NCBI GenBank assembly: GCA_030324005.1
Contig: JARDVH010000073.1
Span: forward strand, 105,321,686-105,385,685
Length of the DNA stretch: 64,000 nt
Direction of reading: 5' to 3'
Origin: Negaprion brevirostris
Lineage: Eukaryota
The notes below the pieces were generated by a model that had not been told where the DNA came from, made no database searches, and saw only the letters and a program-made list of their open reading frames with translations. Position numbers and translations under genes: made by a program. How positions within the stretch are numbered: position 1 is the first letter of the stretch; each line of letters opens with the position of its first letter. This document shows, piece by piece, positions 36,901-48,900 of the stretch.

Positions 36901-39900
36901 TCAACAAGATCCTAAAGGATAAAGGAGATGAGCTTTCAAAGAAAAATGATGTTGTGCAACAGTTAGAAAATGAAATGGTTTCCAAAGAAGAACAGATTTT
37001 ACAGTACACCAGCACAATCTCACAGCTTCAGAAAGAAAAAGAAACATTCATCCCAAAGCTAGAGCTTCTAAAAGCTTTGGAGCAGAAGGAAGTAACAGTG
37101 GGAAAGCAGTTACATGAAAAGATGAATGAGTGTAACTTTCTGAAAGATCAAATCCTGGAGCATCAAAGAATGACTGAGCAGATTCAAGGGCAACTGCAGT
37201 CTTTGACAATGCAGCTTGAAGAACTTAGGCTTATAAACACTAAAAAGGAGGAAGCTTTGAGCAGTAAAAGTGCTGAATGCAGCTTACTCCAAAACCAGGT
37301 TTGTGAGGGGCAAGAGAGATTGTTGCTGCTACAAGATCAGGTTCAAGCATTCAATATTGAACTTGGGGCCAAGGATGCGGCTTTGAAAGAAAAGTTGGCT
37401 GAATGCGATGACCTGCAGCAAGCACTAAGTCAGCACCAGCTTGCAGCTAAAAGCTTAGAGAGTCAAGTACAAGCATTGACAGAAGAGAAGAAAAAACTCA
37501 GGCAATGGTTGGATGATAAAGAATCTCTCATAAACACTCAGTCCAGTGAAAGCCGTGACCTGCGGGGCCAGCTTGATCAGAAAGCTGATATGATTGTGTC
37601 ATTGCAGAAACAAATGGAAGCACTGAATATTGACAAAGAAAGGCTTCAGAGTGAAAATAAGGAGCTGCAACTATCTGTAAGTAAGTGGACTGCTGAGCAC
37701 CATCAGCTGCAGGAAAAAGTCAGTGACTGTGAGTCTGTGGCTGCCCTTGCACGGGATCAAGCACAAATTCTCAGCACTGAAAATCGCAAATTTAAAGAGG
37801 AACTTGAGGAGCTGAACACTGCGCTACACAGTAAAACAGATGAGATTACAGCCCTTCAGTGCTTGCTGTCACAAAAGGTGGGGATGATAACCTCCTCTGA
37901 TGAAGGCGCCAGCACCTTAAATGTCGCTACTGAGACTTTTATGTCGGAGCTTGAAGGGAAACGACTCTCACCCAATCAGCAGTCAATGTTGCTGCCTCAG
38001 CAGCAAGCCAAAATGTTGCAAGGGGAAGGGCAGTTGAGTCAATACGTGCAGATAATCTCACAGTTGCAAGCTCAGGTCCAAGTTATGATGTGCGAAGCCA
38101 CTCAGCTTAAGCAGATGCTGCAGGAGAAAGAGGTAACCCTTCAACAGCAGACTGGTGAACTCGCAGAGCTTCAGAAAAAGGCTGCAGATCTCGGGGCACT
38201 GGAATTGCAATGTAAAGAACATTTGGGAACCATTTCGAAACTTGAAAACCAAATCCAGGACATGACTTTGAAAACTCATGAACTAAAGCGCACCATTGAG
38301 GAAAGAGACATGTTGTTGGCCTGTAAAGTTGAAGAGTGTGTCAAAGTCAAGACAGCATTTTCTGAAACCGAGGATTCTGTTTTACAGCTTAGAACGCAAC
38401 TGTCTGCTGCCATCTCTGAAGCTAATCAGCTGAAGGGTATTATTCAAGAAAAGGAACTGGCCCTGTTACAGATCAAGGAGAGTACCACAACTTGCAATGA
38501 AGAGTTGATGCTAAAGATACAAGCAAAGGAAGCTGAATATGCTGCACTTAATGAAAAGTTTATTAATCTTGAACATGTATTTTCACAACTTAATAGTCAA
38601 ATAAGCCAACAGAATTCAGAGTTAAGCCAACTGAAAGAGGTCCTTGTTCAAAAGGAGGCTTCAATTATAGAGCAAAGGAAACTTGTCAGGAAATGGCAAG
38701 ACAAAGCGAGCGAGAGCGATTTGCTGAAATTACAATTCAGTGAGAGCACTGAACAGATTTCTCAGCTCCAGAGTAAAATGCAGAACGTGCTTTCAGACTC
38801 ACAGCGACTTGAGGAGTCACTGCAGGATAAAGAAACTGCTTTTAGTCACCTACAGGAAAGGTACGCTGCGCAGTCTGAACAGTTCAGAGAACTTAATAGA
38901 GAACTTCATGCAAAGGAGGAAGAAATAGCAGGACTTCAGAAAGTACTTGGTGAAAAGGATGCCCGTGTTCAAGTTACAGAGAGTAATGCAAATGCTTTGG
39001 TGGTCGAAGTTAAGTCACTGAAAGAGGAACTGCAGAAGAGTCAGATATCATTAACTGACTATGGGAATGCTTTGCAGCAAAAAGACGAAATATTTGCTAT
39101 TAATCAGAGGAATATGGAAAGCCAGATTGCAGCTCTAGAAGCACAAAAATTCCAATATAAGGAAGCGGTAGAACGACTTGAGATGGTTAATCAGGACTCA
39201 AAGCAAGCTGAACTAATCCTTCAGAAGAAATACTTGGATCAGACACAGCACATTGAAAAACTTGAGTTAGAACTGAAGACTTTGAGCGAAGAATCAGCTC
39301 AAGACTGTCAAGAAAAGGCTGCACTGATTGAAAATCTTCATCAGCAATGTGATCAACTTAAAAATGGAAATTCACAGTTGGACCAGCAGGTTAACATACT
39401 GATGGTGGAAAAGGAACAAGTGAGCGCTTCATACCAGAGGCAGTTACAACAGAAATCCGATGAATTACAGGTGCTTGAAGAGAAGCTTGCAACAATGTGT
39501 GACATTAAGGAGAAGCTTGAAGTTGCACAGCAAATGAAGGATGAAAATGAATGTCTTCAAAAGCAGGTCAGTCTTAAATCAGAGGAAATGGCAAAACTGA
39601 AATTAGAAGTTCAAAAATTAGAACAAAATCTGTTGGAATCAGAAAGGAAATGGTTGGTGGAGTTTGGTAGGGAAACTGATAAAAATAGTCTGCTAACAGA
39701 GAAACTCAACAAGTTAGAGACTCAAACAGAGTTGAAAGATGTTAAGATAGACAGTTTGCAAAAGACACTAGATAACTTGCAAAAGAAATTTTGTGAACAG
39801 TCATCTGCATTACAAACCAGTGCAAGTTGCCTGAAAGAACAAGAAGTGCTGGCATCAAACTTCAGACAGCAAGTTGTTGAAAAACAATCCAGACTGGATG

Positions 39901-42900
39901 AAATGTTAGCTTTGGTTTTAAGCAGTGACTCTGCAGTGGATGAGTTAAAGCAAATTCTGTCTGAGAAAGAAAAAGAGATTGAAAATTTGCAGAATAGCTT
40001 TTCAGCAAGTGAAAAGGGTAGATCAGAAATCACAGACAGCATGGCTGATAGATTAATGTCTTCTGAAGAAGAGAAGTTTTCACTCTGTAATGAGCTCAAA
40101 CAAATGAAATTAAGCCATCATTTGGAAGTAGAAGCTTTACAGAGACAAGTGACTGATCTTCAGGTGTCGCTGCAGCGATCACAAGCTGAACTAAAAGAAA
40201 AGCAACATGATTTAGATGAAAGTTTCCAACAAAGTACTTCAGCACAGGAGCAGATCCGTACTCTGGAGGAGGAACTGAACAAGAAGTCCCAGCAGTTGGA
40301 GGTTGCAATCAAGGAAGGTGCTCAGCATTTTGATTCCCTGCAAAAGAAAGAGCAAGCAGCGCACATACTGAACATGCAAGTAAACCAACAACAAGAGCTG
40401 GTGTTCTCTCTCAGTCAGCAGCTGAGAGAAAAAGATGCTTCCGCCATGCAGCTTACGGAATCCATATCAAAGGAAATGGTTAAAGCAGCAGAGGAAGAAA
40501 AACACTTGACTGATCAAATAGAAAAGCTTAAAGCGCAGTACTGTGTTTCCGATGAAAAAGTAGACAGGCTTACACGTGAACTGGAGGAGCATAAGAAACA
40601 CCTGGAACAGCAAGAAATTCTTCTGAGTACCAAAGAAATCCAGTGCCAAGACATGACTACCGAAAATGAACAGTTGCGTTCGCAAACACAAACGCTTACG
40701 AAGGAGAGGGACTTGCTCAAAAAGAAGTTTCAAGCTGCACTACTAACAAGAAGGGATTTGATGAAGAAAGTTGAAGAGCTGCAGAAAGGAGCCATTGCTG
40801 ACACAACAAAAGATCAGCAAATCGCAGAACTGCAGCACAGTTGCAGAATGCTCGAAAGTCGGACACGAGAGCTGAGCTCTGAAGTGACAGTTCGACAGAA
40901 TCAGATGAAACAGCTTGAGACACACTTGGAAGTCCTGAAGCAACAACTGGTAGAAAAGGACACCGATATAAATGTTCTGAGCGAGACCCTTTCTCACAAA
41001 GAAACTGTTGTGGAACAGTGGCAGAAAAATGTCAGTAAATGTGAAATGGAACTTGAAGCCCTGTCTGTGGAGTTGCTTCAAACTGTTCAAGGGAAAGATT
41101 CCTCAATTGCGCAACTCCAGTCTGCTTTAAAAGAAAAAGAAGAGGAATGTTGTCGACTTAATTCAGATCTTGAGAAAATTAAAATTACATTATCTAAAAA
41201 AACAGACCATCCAAACACGGAATCACCTGAAGCTTTGGAAAGTGGTGGCGTTGGTATCACTGAGGTCACCGACCAGTTAAATGCACTCAAACAGGAAAAG
41301 GAACATTTACAAAAGAAACTTCAGGCTGCTCTTTTAGCTCGGAAGGAAACTATCAAAAAGGGTCAAGAGAAGGATAAACATCACAAAGAGCAGCTGTCCC
41401 TTCAGAGGGAAGAGTACAGCCATCTTTCAGAAATGTATCTTGTGCAAACCAACGAGTTAGAAAATGTGAAACAAGAACTAGCTAGCCTTCACCAAACATA
41501 TCAAACAAAGCTAACGGAGTTTGAGTGTAACAGAGAGTTAATAGGGACTTTGCAAAAGCAGTTGCATTCTCTCGATGTCTTGCTTGGTGACAAAGAAAAG
41601 ATGTTAGAACAGCTTAAAGTTCAGCTCGAGGAGCAGGAGAGCAAAATGTTTGCTGCCTTAGGTCAGCAAGATGAAGTTCAGACCCTCGAGAAGAGATTAG
41701 CAAGCATGGTTTCCACATTAGCAGTTAAGGATGCTGATGTGAAAAGCCTTCAAGGTGATAACGAACAACTGCAGCAAGATAAAACAAAACTAATATCAGA
41801 GCTAAGAAGTGCGCAAGTTCGGATTGCTGAAACATTGGAAGAGGCCCAAATGCTAAAGCATTCTCTGTCCAGCCTGGAATGTTGGCACCAAGAGGAAAGG
41901 GAGAAGCAGGCTGCAGAGATCAGTTTGCTCCAAAATCAGAGGCAATCAGTCCAAGCTGAAGCTGCAAACCTCAAAATTGCTTTGGAAGAGGCACTTGAGG
42001 ATAAAGAAAGTTATTCTCGCAAGCTGGAAAACTCAGCCGAAGAAATGGGGACTCTGAAAACCCAACTGTTGGAATTACACAGGGAGAAAGATCAAATCCA
42101 AGCACAGCTGGTCACCTTTCAGCAGGAGAATTCTGAAGCCAAATCAAAATTGAAGCAGGCTCACCGATCTCGAAGTGAAGGTGCAGATAATCTGCGCACA
42201 CAAGTATCGTCTGCACAGTCAGAGCTAGAGAAGGCGCGTGAGTGTTTACAGGAACGTGATAACACCATAAAGTCTTTGGAATGTACGTTGTCTGAGAAAG
42301 AGAAGCTCTTGGAGGAACTGGAATTACAATTGCAAAAGCGGGCAATAACTTACGAAGTGGAAAAGGAAAGAACAAGATTGCCTGTCATCGAAGTTCAGCA
42401 GAGGGCAGCAGATAATCCTGAGGAGAGCAAGTCTAAAGAATTGATTCAGAGAAAACTGCAAGCAGCGCTAATATCCCGGAAAGAGGCCCTGAAAGAAAAT
42501 AAAACTCTGAAGCAGGATGTTAATACTTTAACATCTGAGAAAGACAAACTTACTTCCAAGATTTCTACCCTTGAAAGAAGCGTAGCCGAAATGAAGAAAC
42601 AGCTTGAGCTTTTACAGCGAGCAGCTTCAGCGCACCATGAAGAGAAGAGGAGGCTTCTTTCTGAAGTGGATAAAATATTTGCAGAGAAACAGGACTTAAA
42701 TGTTGCATGCGAAAGTCTAAAGCATACATTAGACACGGTAACTCAAGAGAAACAGGACTTTTCTCATGAGCTGGATTCATTAAGGAATTCCCAGGCAGCA
42801 GAACTGTCAGAGTGGAAGGCCAAACATGATGAGCTGAAGAATGAGTACGAGTCTCTTTTGCAGTCCTATGAAAACATTGGGAATGAAATGGATAAGATGA

Positions 42901-45900
42901 GGCAGATAGTTGAAATGACCAGAAAGGAAAAGCAAGAGGTGGTCTTCAGACTCCGTGAAGTTGATGCTGAGCGACAAAATATTGAGAAACAGCTCGAGGA
43001 GGCCAGTGATCAAAATGAAAAAATGAAGGACAAAATGAGAAAGCTTGCAAAATCCAAGCAGCAGCGAGTTCAGGAGCTTGAAGGGGAGATTGAAAGAGTC
43101 AGTGTCGAGTTGCAAACCATTTCTGCTGCAAATCAGAGTCACACAAGTGAATTGTCTGTTCAGTATGCTCAGCTCCTGGAGGAANNNNNNNNNNAAGCAA
43201 ACCTATGAGGAGCTTAAGTCAGAATTTGATAAAGCTAAGAGTGAGAGAGAGCATTTACTGAAGGAACTGAGCATGTCTGCATCCATCCTAGAAGAGCTAC
43301 AAACCAATGAGGCATTCCATCAGTCTGAAATTGATAAATTCCAAGTCAATGAGTCATTGTCTTCAGGCATGCAATCTCTGGATGCCAAGGCTGGAGAGGT
43401 TCAAGTTGTGGAGCAAGCAAGACCATTGCTGTCCAAGAAGCTTCAACAATTGAAGTTGCATCACAAGGTGGAGTGCCATGAAAAGGATTCTACAATTGTA
43501 GAGCTTCAACATGAAGTAAAAGCTTACCAGCAGGAGACTGTAAACTTAAATGAAAAAGTCAAGATTTTAGAGGATGACAAATCCCTCCTCCAGGAAGAAC
43601 TTGAGAATGCTCAGGAAATGTCAGAGAAAGTCAAAAATGAGAAAGAGTATCTGGAGGCAGAATTACTTAAAAATGCGGACAAGATTGATCAACTAACAGA
43701 AGCATTGAGGACACTTCACGTGCAAAATAATTCACTCGTCAGTGAACTAGATGGCTTCAGAGAAGAGAAATGTCAGTTGGTCAAAGAAAAGGAAACACAG
43801 GAAATAAAGCTAGTCAAAGAGTTTGAGGAGAAGCTGCGGTCTGCTCAGAGAGGGAAAACCAGATCCAAGGGTGAAACCAAAGAATTGCAAGAGTTGTTAA
43901 AAGAAAAGCAACAGGAAATAAATCAATTACAGAAGGACTGCATCAAGTACCAGGAGCTCATTTTGGACTTGGAGCGAGCAAACAAGAAATCAGGATCTGC
44001 CTGTGAAGAAATGCAAAAGAAACTTGAGTCTGCAACTAAGAAAGCCTTCAGTTCCGAAGAGCAGGTCAGGCTAGCTCAAGAAGAACTTGCTTCTTACAAA
44101 GTCTTGCTCCGTGACGCCAGAAATGAAGCTGATGGTGTTCGTGCGCAGTGTTTAGGGCTAACGGAAGAACTGCAAAAGAAAGAGGAGAAAACAAAAGCCC
44201 AAATAACTGACAAAGAGAGGGAACTCCTTATGATCTTGGACCAACAGAAAACAATTCATCAAAAAGAAATAGTCAATTATCAGGACAAATTCGACTTGTT
44301 GGAGCACGACAAAGACAGAGTGGTCGCAGAACTCTTAGAAGTGCAGGCTGAACTAAATGGTCGGGATCTGCTGATTAAGAAGCTTCAGGGCGAGTTGAAT
44401 AACAATTTGGCGAATTTGGCAGCATTCACAAAATGTATGTCCTCTCTTCAAGATGACAGGGACAGGATCATTGAAGAGAGCAAGAAATGGGAAACGCGAT
44501 TTCAAGATGCTATCCAAAATAAGGAAAATCAGGTGCAAGCAAAGGAAGAACTGTTGCAAAAACTTCATGAGGAAATCAAGCTAAAGTCTTTTGATCTCCG
44601 GGCACTCCAATACAGAACTTCAAAGATGGAGCAGACAATAACTGAACTTACAGTGAGCGGTAAAGATGCAGAGAGTAAACATCAGAATGAAATGGCTAAC
44701 ATGAGAGAGACTATTTGCAAACACAATGAAAAAATAGAAGAGATGGAGGAATTGTTGAAAGAAAAAGAGGCAGCTTTCAGCAAATTGTCACAGGAAAATA
44801 CTAATTTATGCACACAGCTTTCTGACTTGAGCCACTCTGAGAGCAAGTTGAAGGTAACAGAGCAAATGCTGGAAAAGGACCTGACAGAAAAACAATCGGA
44901 AAACCGTCAGCTTCAGTCTGAAAATGAGAAATTAAATGCTGAACTACAGAAGCAGAATGCGATTTCCCAGCAACTGAAAGTCATGCTCAGCAATAAAGAC
45001 ATGGAGATCTCGAAACTCGTATCATCAAAAGATGGTGAAATTTCAGAGTATGTAGCAGAATTACAGGAACAATACAGAAAGCAAGTGGAGGATTATGAGA
45101 AGCAGTTGAATATTTTTCAGCACGATAGCCAAAAAGCAGCCAATGAAGCCAAAGAATTGTGGGTGCAGATGGACAAAAGTAGAGAAGAGAAAGACAAAGT
45201 TGTTGCTAAAATGGATACGTTTACAAAATCCATGGCCTCCCTTCAAGACGACCGAGATCGAATTTTGTCAGAATATACACAACTGGAGCAGCGCCATCTT
45301 GATATGCTAAGTCAGAAAGATGGCATTATTCAGGAAAGTGCAGCTGAGAACAATGAGCTTAAGCAAGAGATCAGAAATCTGCTCAACCAGATGGATGATC
45401 TTAATTCCGAAAACGCAATGCTGAAAGCACAATTGATTAAGCACAGGGAGGAGCTTAACCAGATCTTGTCCTTGAAAGATAACCAATTGAAGGAGCTGCT
45501 GCAAAAGCAACTGCAGCAAATTAAGAATCTTGAGAATGAAAAAAGCAGTCTTGAGGAACAATGGAAAGAAGCACAGAGCTCTTTTGAAAAAAGCGACGAA
45601 AGCATGAAAACTTTGCAAGCAGAGAACAAGCGAATTTTGGAGCAAGTTACCGAGCTCAGGGCTGCTACTTCAAACACAATAAAGGATAAACCTGAAGCAA
45701 ATGAGACCAAGTTAATTCTCGAGCTTCAACAGAAACTTGAATTTAAAACTCTGGAATGTGATGAGCTCAAAAAGGAAATCAATCTGAAGAGAACCGATCT
45801 GGAGGAACTTGAACACAAACTTATTGAAGTTGAGGGTCTGGCGGAGTCAGAAACCAGGGCTAAGATCTCGGAAAAAGCTGTTGAAATGGTTCAGAGAAGA

Positions 45901-48900
45901 ACTGAAGAAAAACTGGTTGGGTTGCCAAAAGATTTGGTGAGTGAGCAAAGACTTTTGGATATCATAAATGAGAATAAGGAGCTTGCTTCTCAGACAGAAT
46001 CTTTTCAGAAGGCAGTGGTGGCTGTACAGAGTGACAAAGACAGACAATTACAAAGCATCCAGCAACCCCAAATCAAGCAGTCAGATGAACTCGAGGTAGA
46101 ATGCTAATGAAGGTTCATTGTATTGTGCTACTTCAGAGCCCCATCTTAGAATTGACTTCTGCATTTTAGTTAATGGAAATGCATTTCTAATAGGAGCCAT
46201 CCAATTATGTACAAAATAATGGGGCTGCCTAGCAACAATTGGGTTAAGTAGAGAACCATTGCAAGGTACTAAATGTAAAATTTTAACTCAGTCATGAGAT
46301 TACTTGTTTGGTGTCAGGATTTGTATCTCAGGCTGTGTAAAATTACCAAATTTCTATGTTTAATTTGCTTTTTAAAGGGAAAGAAAGGGCTAAGAAGATG
46401 CACTGTAACCATATTTTGCACTCATGCTTGCAGAAAATTGAAAAACACTGTTTTTACTTCCCTTACAGTCAAAAGAGGTTGTTTGCCTCAAAGATCGGAA
46501 TTTATGGAATGATCCCTCTGAGATAACATGGCTCAGAAATAAAGTGGAAGAACTAGAAAAGCTACTTCAGCAAGCCAAGTTGCAAGAGCGCACTGAGCAG
46601 GATCTTTCTTCCTGCCGGAGTGAATTGGCCGAACTGAGGTTTGTTACGGTTTACGTTAGAATTTCAGTTTGAAAAGGAATTTACATTTGCGTGGTACCCT
46701 ATTGACCTACTCCAAACTCCCAAAGTGCCTTGGTTTCAATGAATTGTCTTTGATGTGTAGTTTATGTAAGCAAATGTGGCAGTCAGTTAGTCCACAAGTA
46801 CTTAGAACATAGAACATTATAGCGCAGTGTAGGCGCTTCGGCCCTTGACGTTGCGCCAATCTGTGAAACAAATCTCAAGCCCATTTAACCTACACTGTTG
46901 CAAAATCATCCATACGTTTACCCAAAGGTCATTTAAATGCCCTTAATGTTGGCTTGAAGTAGCAAATGAATCAACTGATTTTGTTTTTGGTGCTAATTGA
47001 GGGAGGAATGTTGACCACAGCATGAGGAATGTCACCTGCTCTTCTTTAGATAGTGCCATTGGATCATTTCCATTCACTTGAGCAAGTAGAAACATATGTC
47101 ATTCAGACAACAGGACCTCCAATGAAGTAGCTCTCCCTTTACATGCAAAAGGATACTGGCTTGGAATATAACTTCCTGTAAGTCAGTTTCTGACTCCGAA
47201 ATGAACATGCTTCCAGCAAGTACTTAATATCTGCTGTTATAAATTTTGTGTGATCCCGGAGGAATTCACTGTGCAGGACTAGTCAATTTAGGAACATCCT
47301 TGAATTATAAAACAGTTGATTACCATAAGTCAATTTTATAGGGAGGAGATTTTAGTCTAGTTTTGGGACCAGGCCTACTGATCCGTGTTTATGTGGTACA
47401 GCTTTCCAAGGTCGGTGCTGATTGATTTAGTGCACTGTCCCTTGCAGAACTGCTACCCTGAAACAGTGCAGTTGAAATGAGAATAAGTAGCAGTGTCCCT
47501 GATAGAAATTCATGGGTGATAGATCAGCACATTACCTGCAATGGTGGACAGACAAATGATTTTTCAACCTGTGAGCTATAAACCAGAATTAGAATCATAG
47601 AATTTTACAGCACAGAAGTAGGCCAGTTGGCCCGTCGTTTCTGTACTGGCTCCCGAAAAAGCTACCCAGCTAACCCCATTCCTCAGACCGATCTCTGTAG
47701 CCCTCTGAATTAATCACTTTCAAAGCTCTCAGGTGACACTTCCACCACTCTTCCAGGTAGTGCGTTCCAAATCCCAACAACTCTCAGCAAAGAAGTTACT
47801 CCTCATCTCACTCCAAGCTCTTTTGGAATTGTGAATCCCTTATCACTGACTTACCAAATACGGACAGTAAGAAGTCTCACAACATCAGGTTAAAAGTCCT
47901 GGCTCCAAGGTGGACTTTAACCTGGTGTTGTGAGACTTCTTACTGTGCTTACCCCAATCCAATGCCGGCATCTCCACATCATGGATACCAATTAGGGGCC
48001 ATAAATATAAGGTGGTCACCAATAGATCCAGTCGAGAATTCAGGAGAATTTGTTTTTGCACAATCTGCTTTTAAACAGCTTGCACTTTTGGCTCTGTGTT
48101 TTTCATGTTCCTTTTTTTTTAAAGGATATTCATCCCAAAGATAGGATAGTTAAAGATGTATGAGGAATGATGACAAGAACACGAGAAAGAAAGGAAATGA
48201 AGGGTGTGCTGATAGGATTCAGTGTAATAGGGTGGGAGAAGGCTTGAATGAAATGTAAACACCAGCATTGATCTGTTGGGCTGAATGGCCTGTTTCTGTG
48301 CTGTAAGATGCCAGATAATAAGCAAAAAACTCTGCAACACCATCAATTGTAGGTGCATAAGCTATTTGGGCAATTTTTTGGAAGCAAATCCTGCACCAAC
48401 CTTCCCCAAGGTGCTCCATTTTACAAGTGCATCTCATATAACTCCTGTTTTGTTAATGACAGTACATATTTAATATTATTTTTCCTTCCATCCGTTGCAA
48501 GAAATCAATGCTTAATGTGCAACATTTATTTTATTTTCAGAATTAAAGACAAAATTAGTGCATTGTCGTTTCTTCTTTTAGATCGGAGAAAAACTTCCTG
48601 CTTTCAGAGTCTCGTGCTATGAAAGAGCCAAGCCTCTTAAAANNNNNNNNNNNNNNNNNNNNNNNNNNNNNNNNNNNNNNNNNNNNNNNNNNNNNNNNNN
48701 NNNNNNNNNNNNNNNNNNNNNNNNNNNNNNNNNNNNNNNNNNNNNNNNNNNNNNNNNNNNNNNNNNNNNNNNNNNNNNNNNNNNNNNNNNNNNNNNNNNN
48801 NNNNNNNNNNNNNNNNNNNNNNNNNNNNNNNNNNNNNNNNNNNNNNNNNNNNNNNNNNACAGCAAACATTAGATCTATCTACATTTTAAACTGGTGCATC

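Noticed and set aside
35696-46047. Many antisense ORFs (S/F/L/C-rich) within the giant exon, and 30191..30844 (-)
   Set aside because: These are expected mirror ORFs of E/K/Q/L-rich coding sequence or TE tails, with no independent coding signal.
43045-46107. The 1020-aa ORF as a separate gene
   Set aside because: It continues the same giantin-like protein after a 10-N placeholder gap; its first ~47 aa are out-of-frame read-in.
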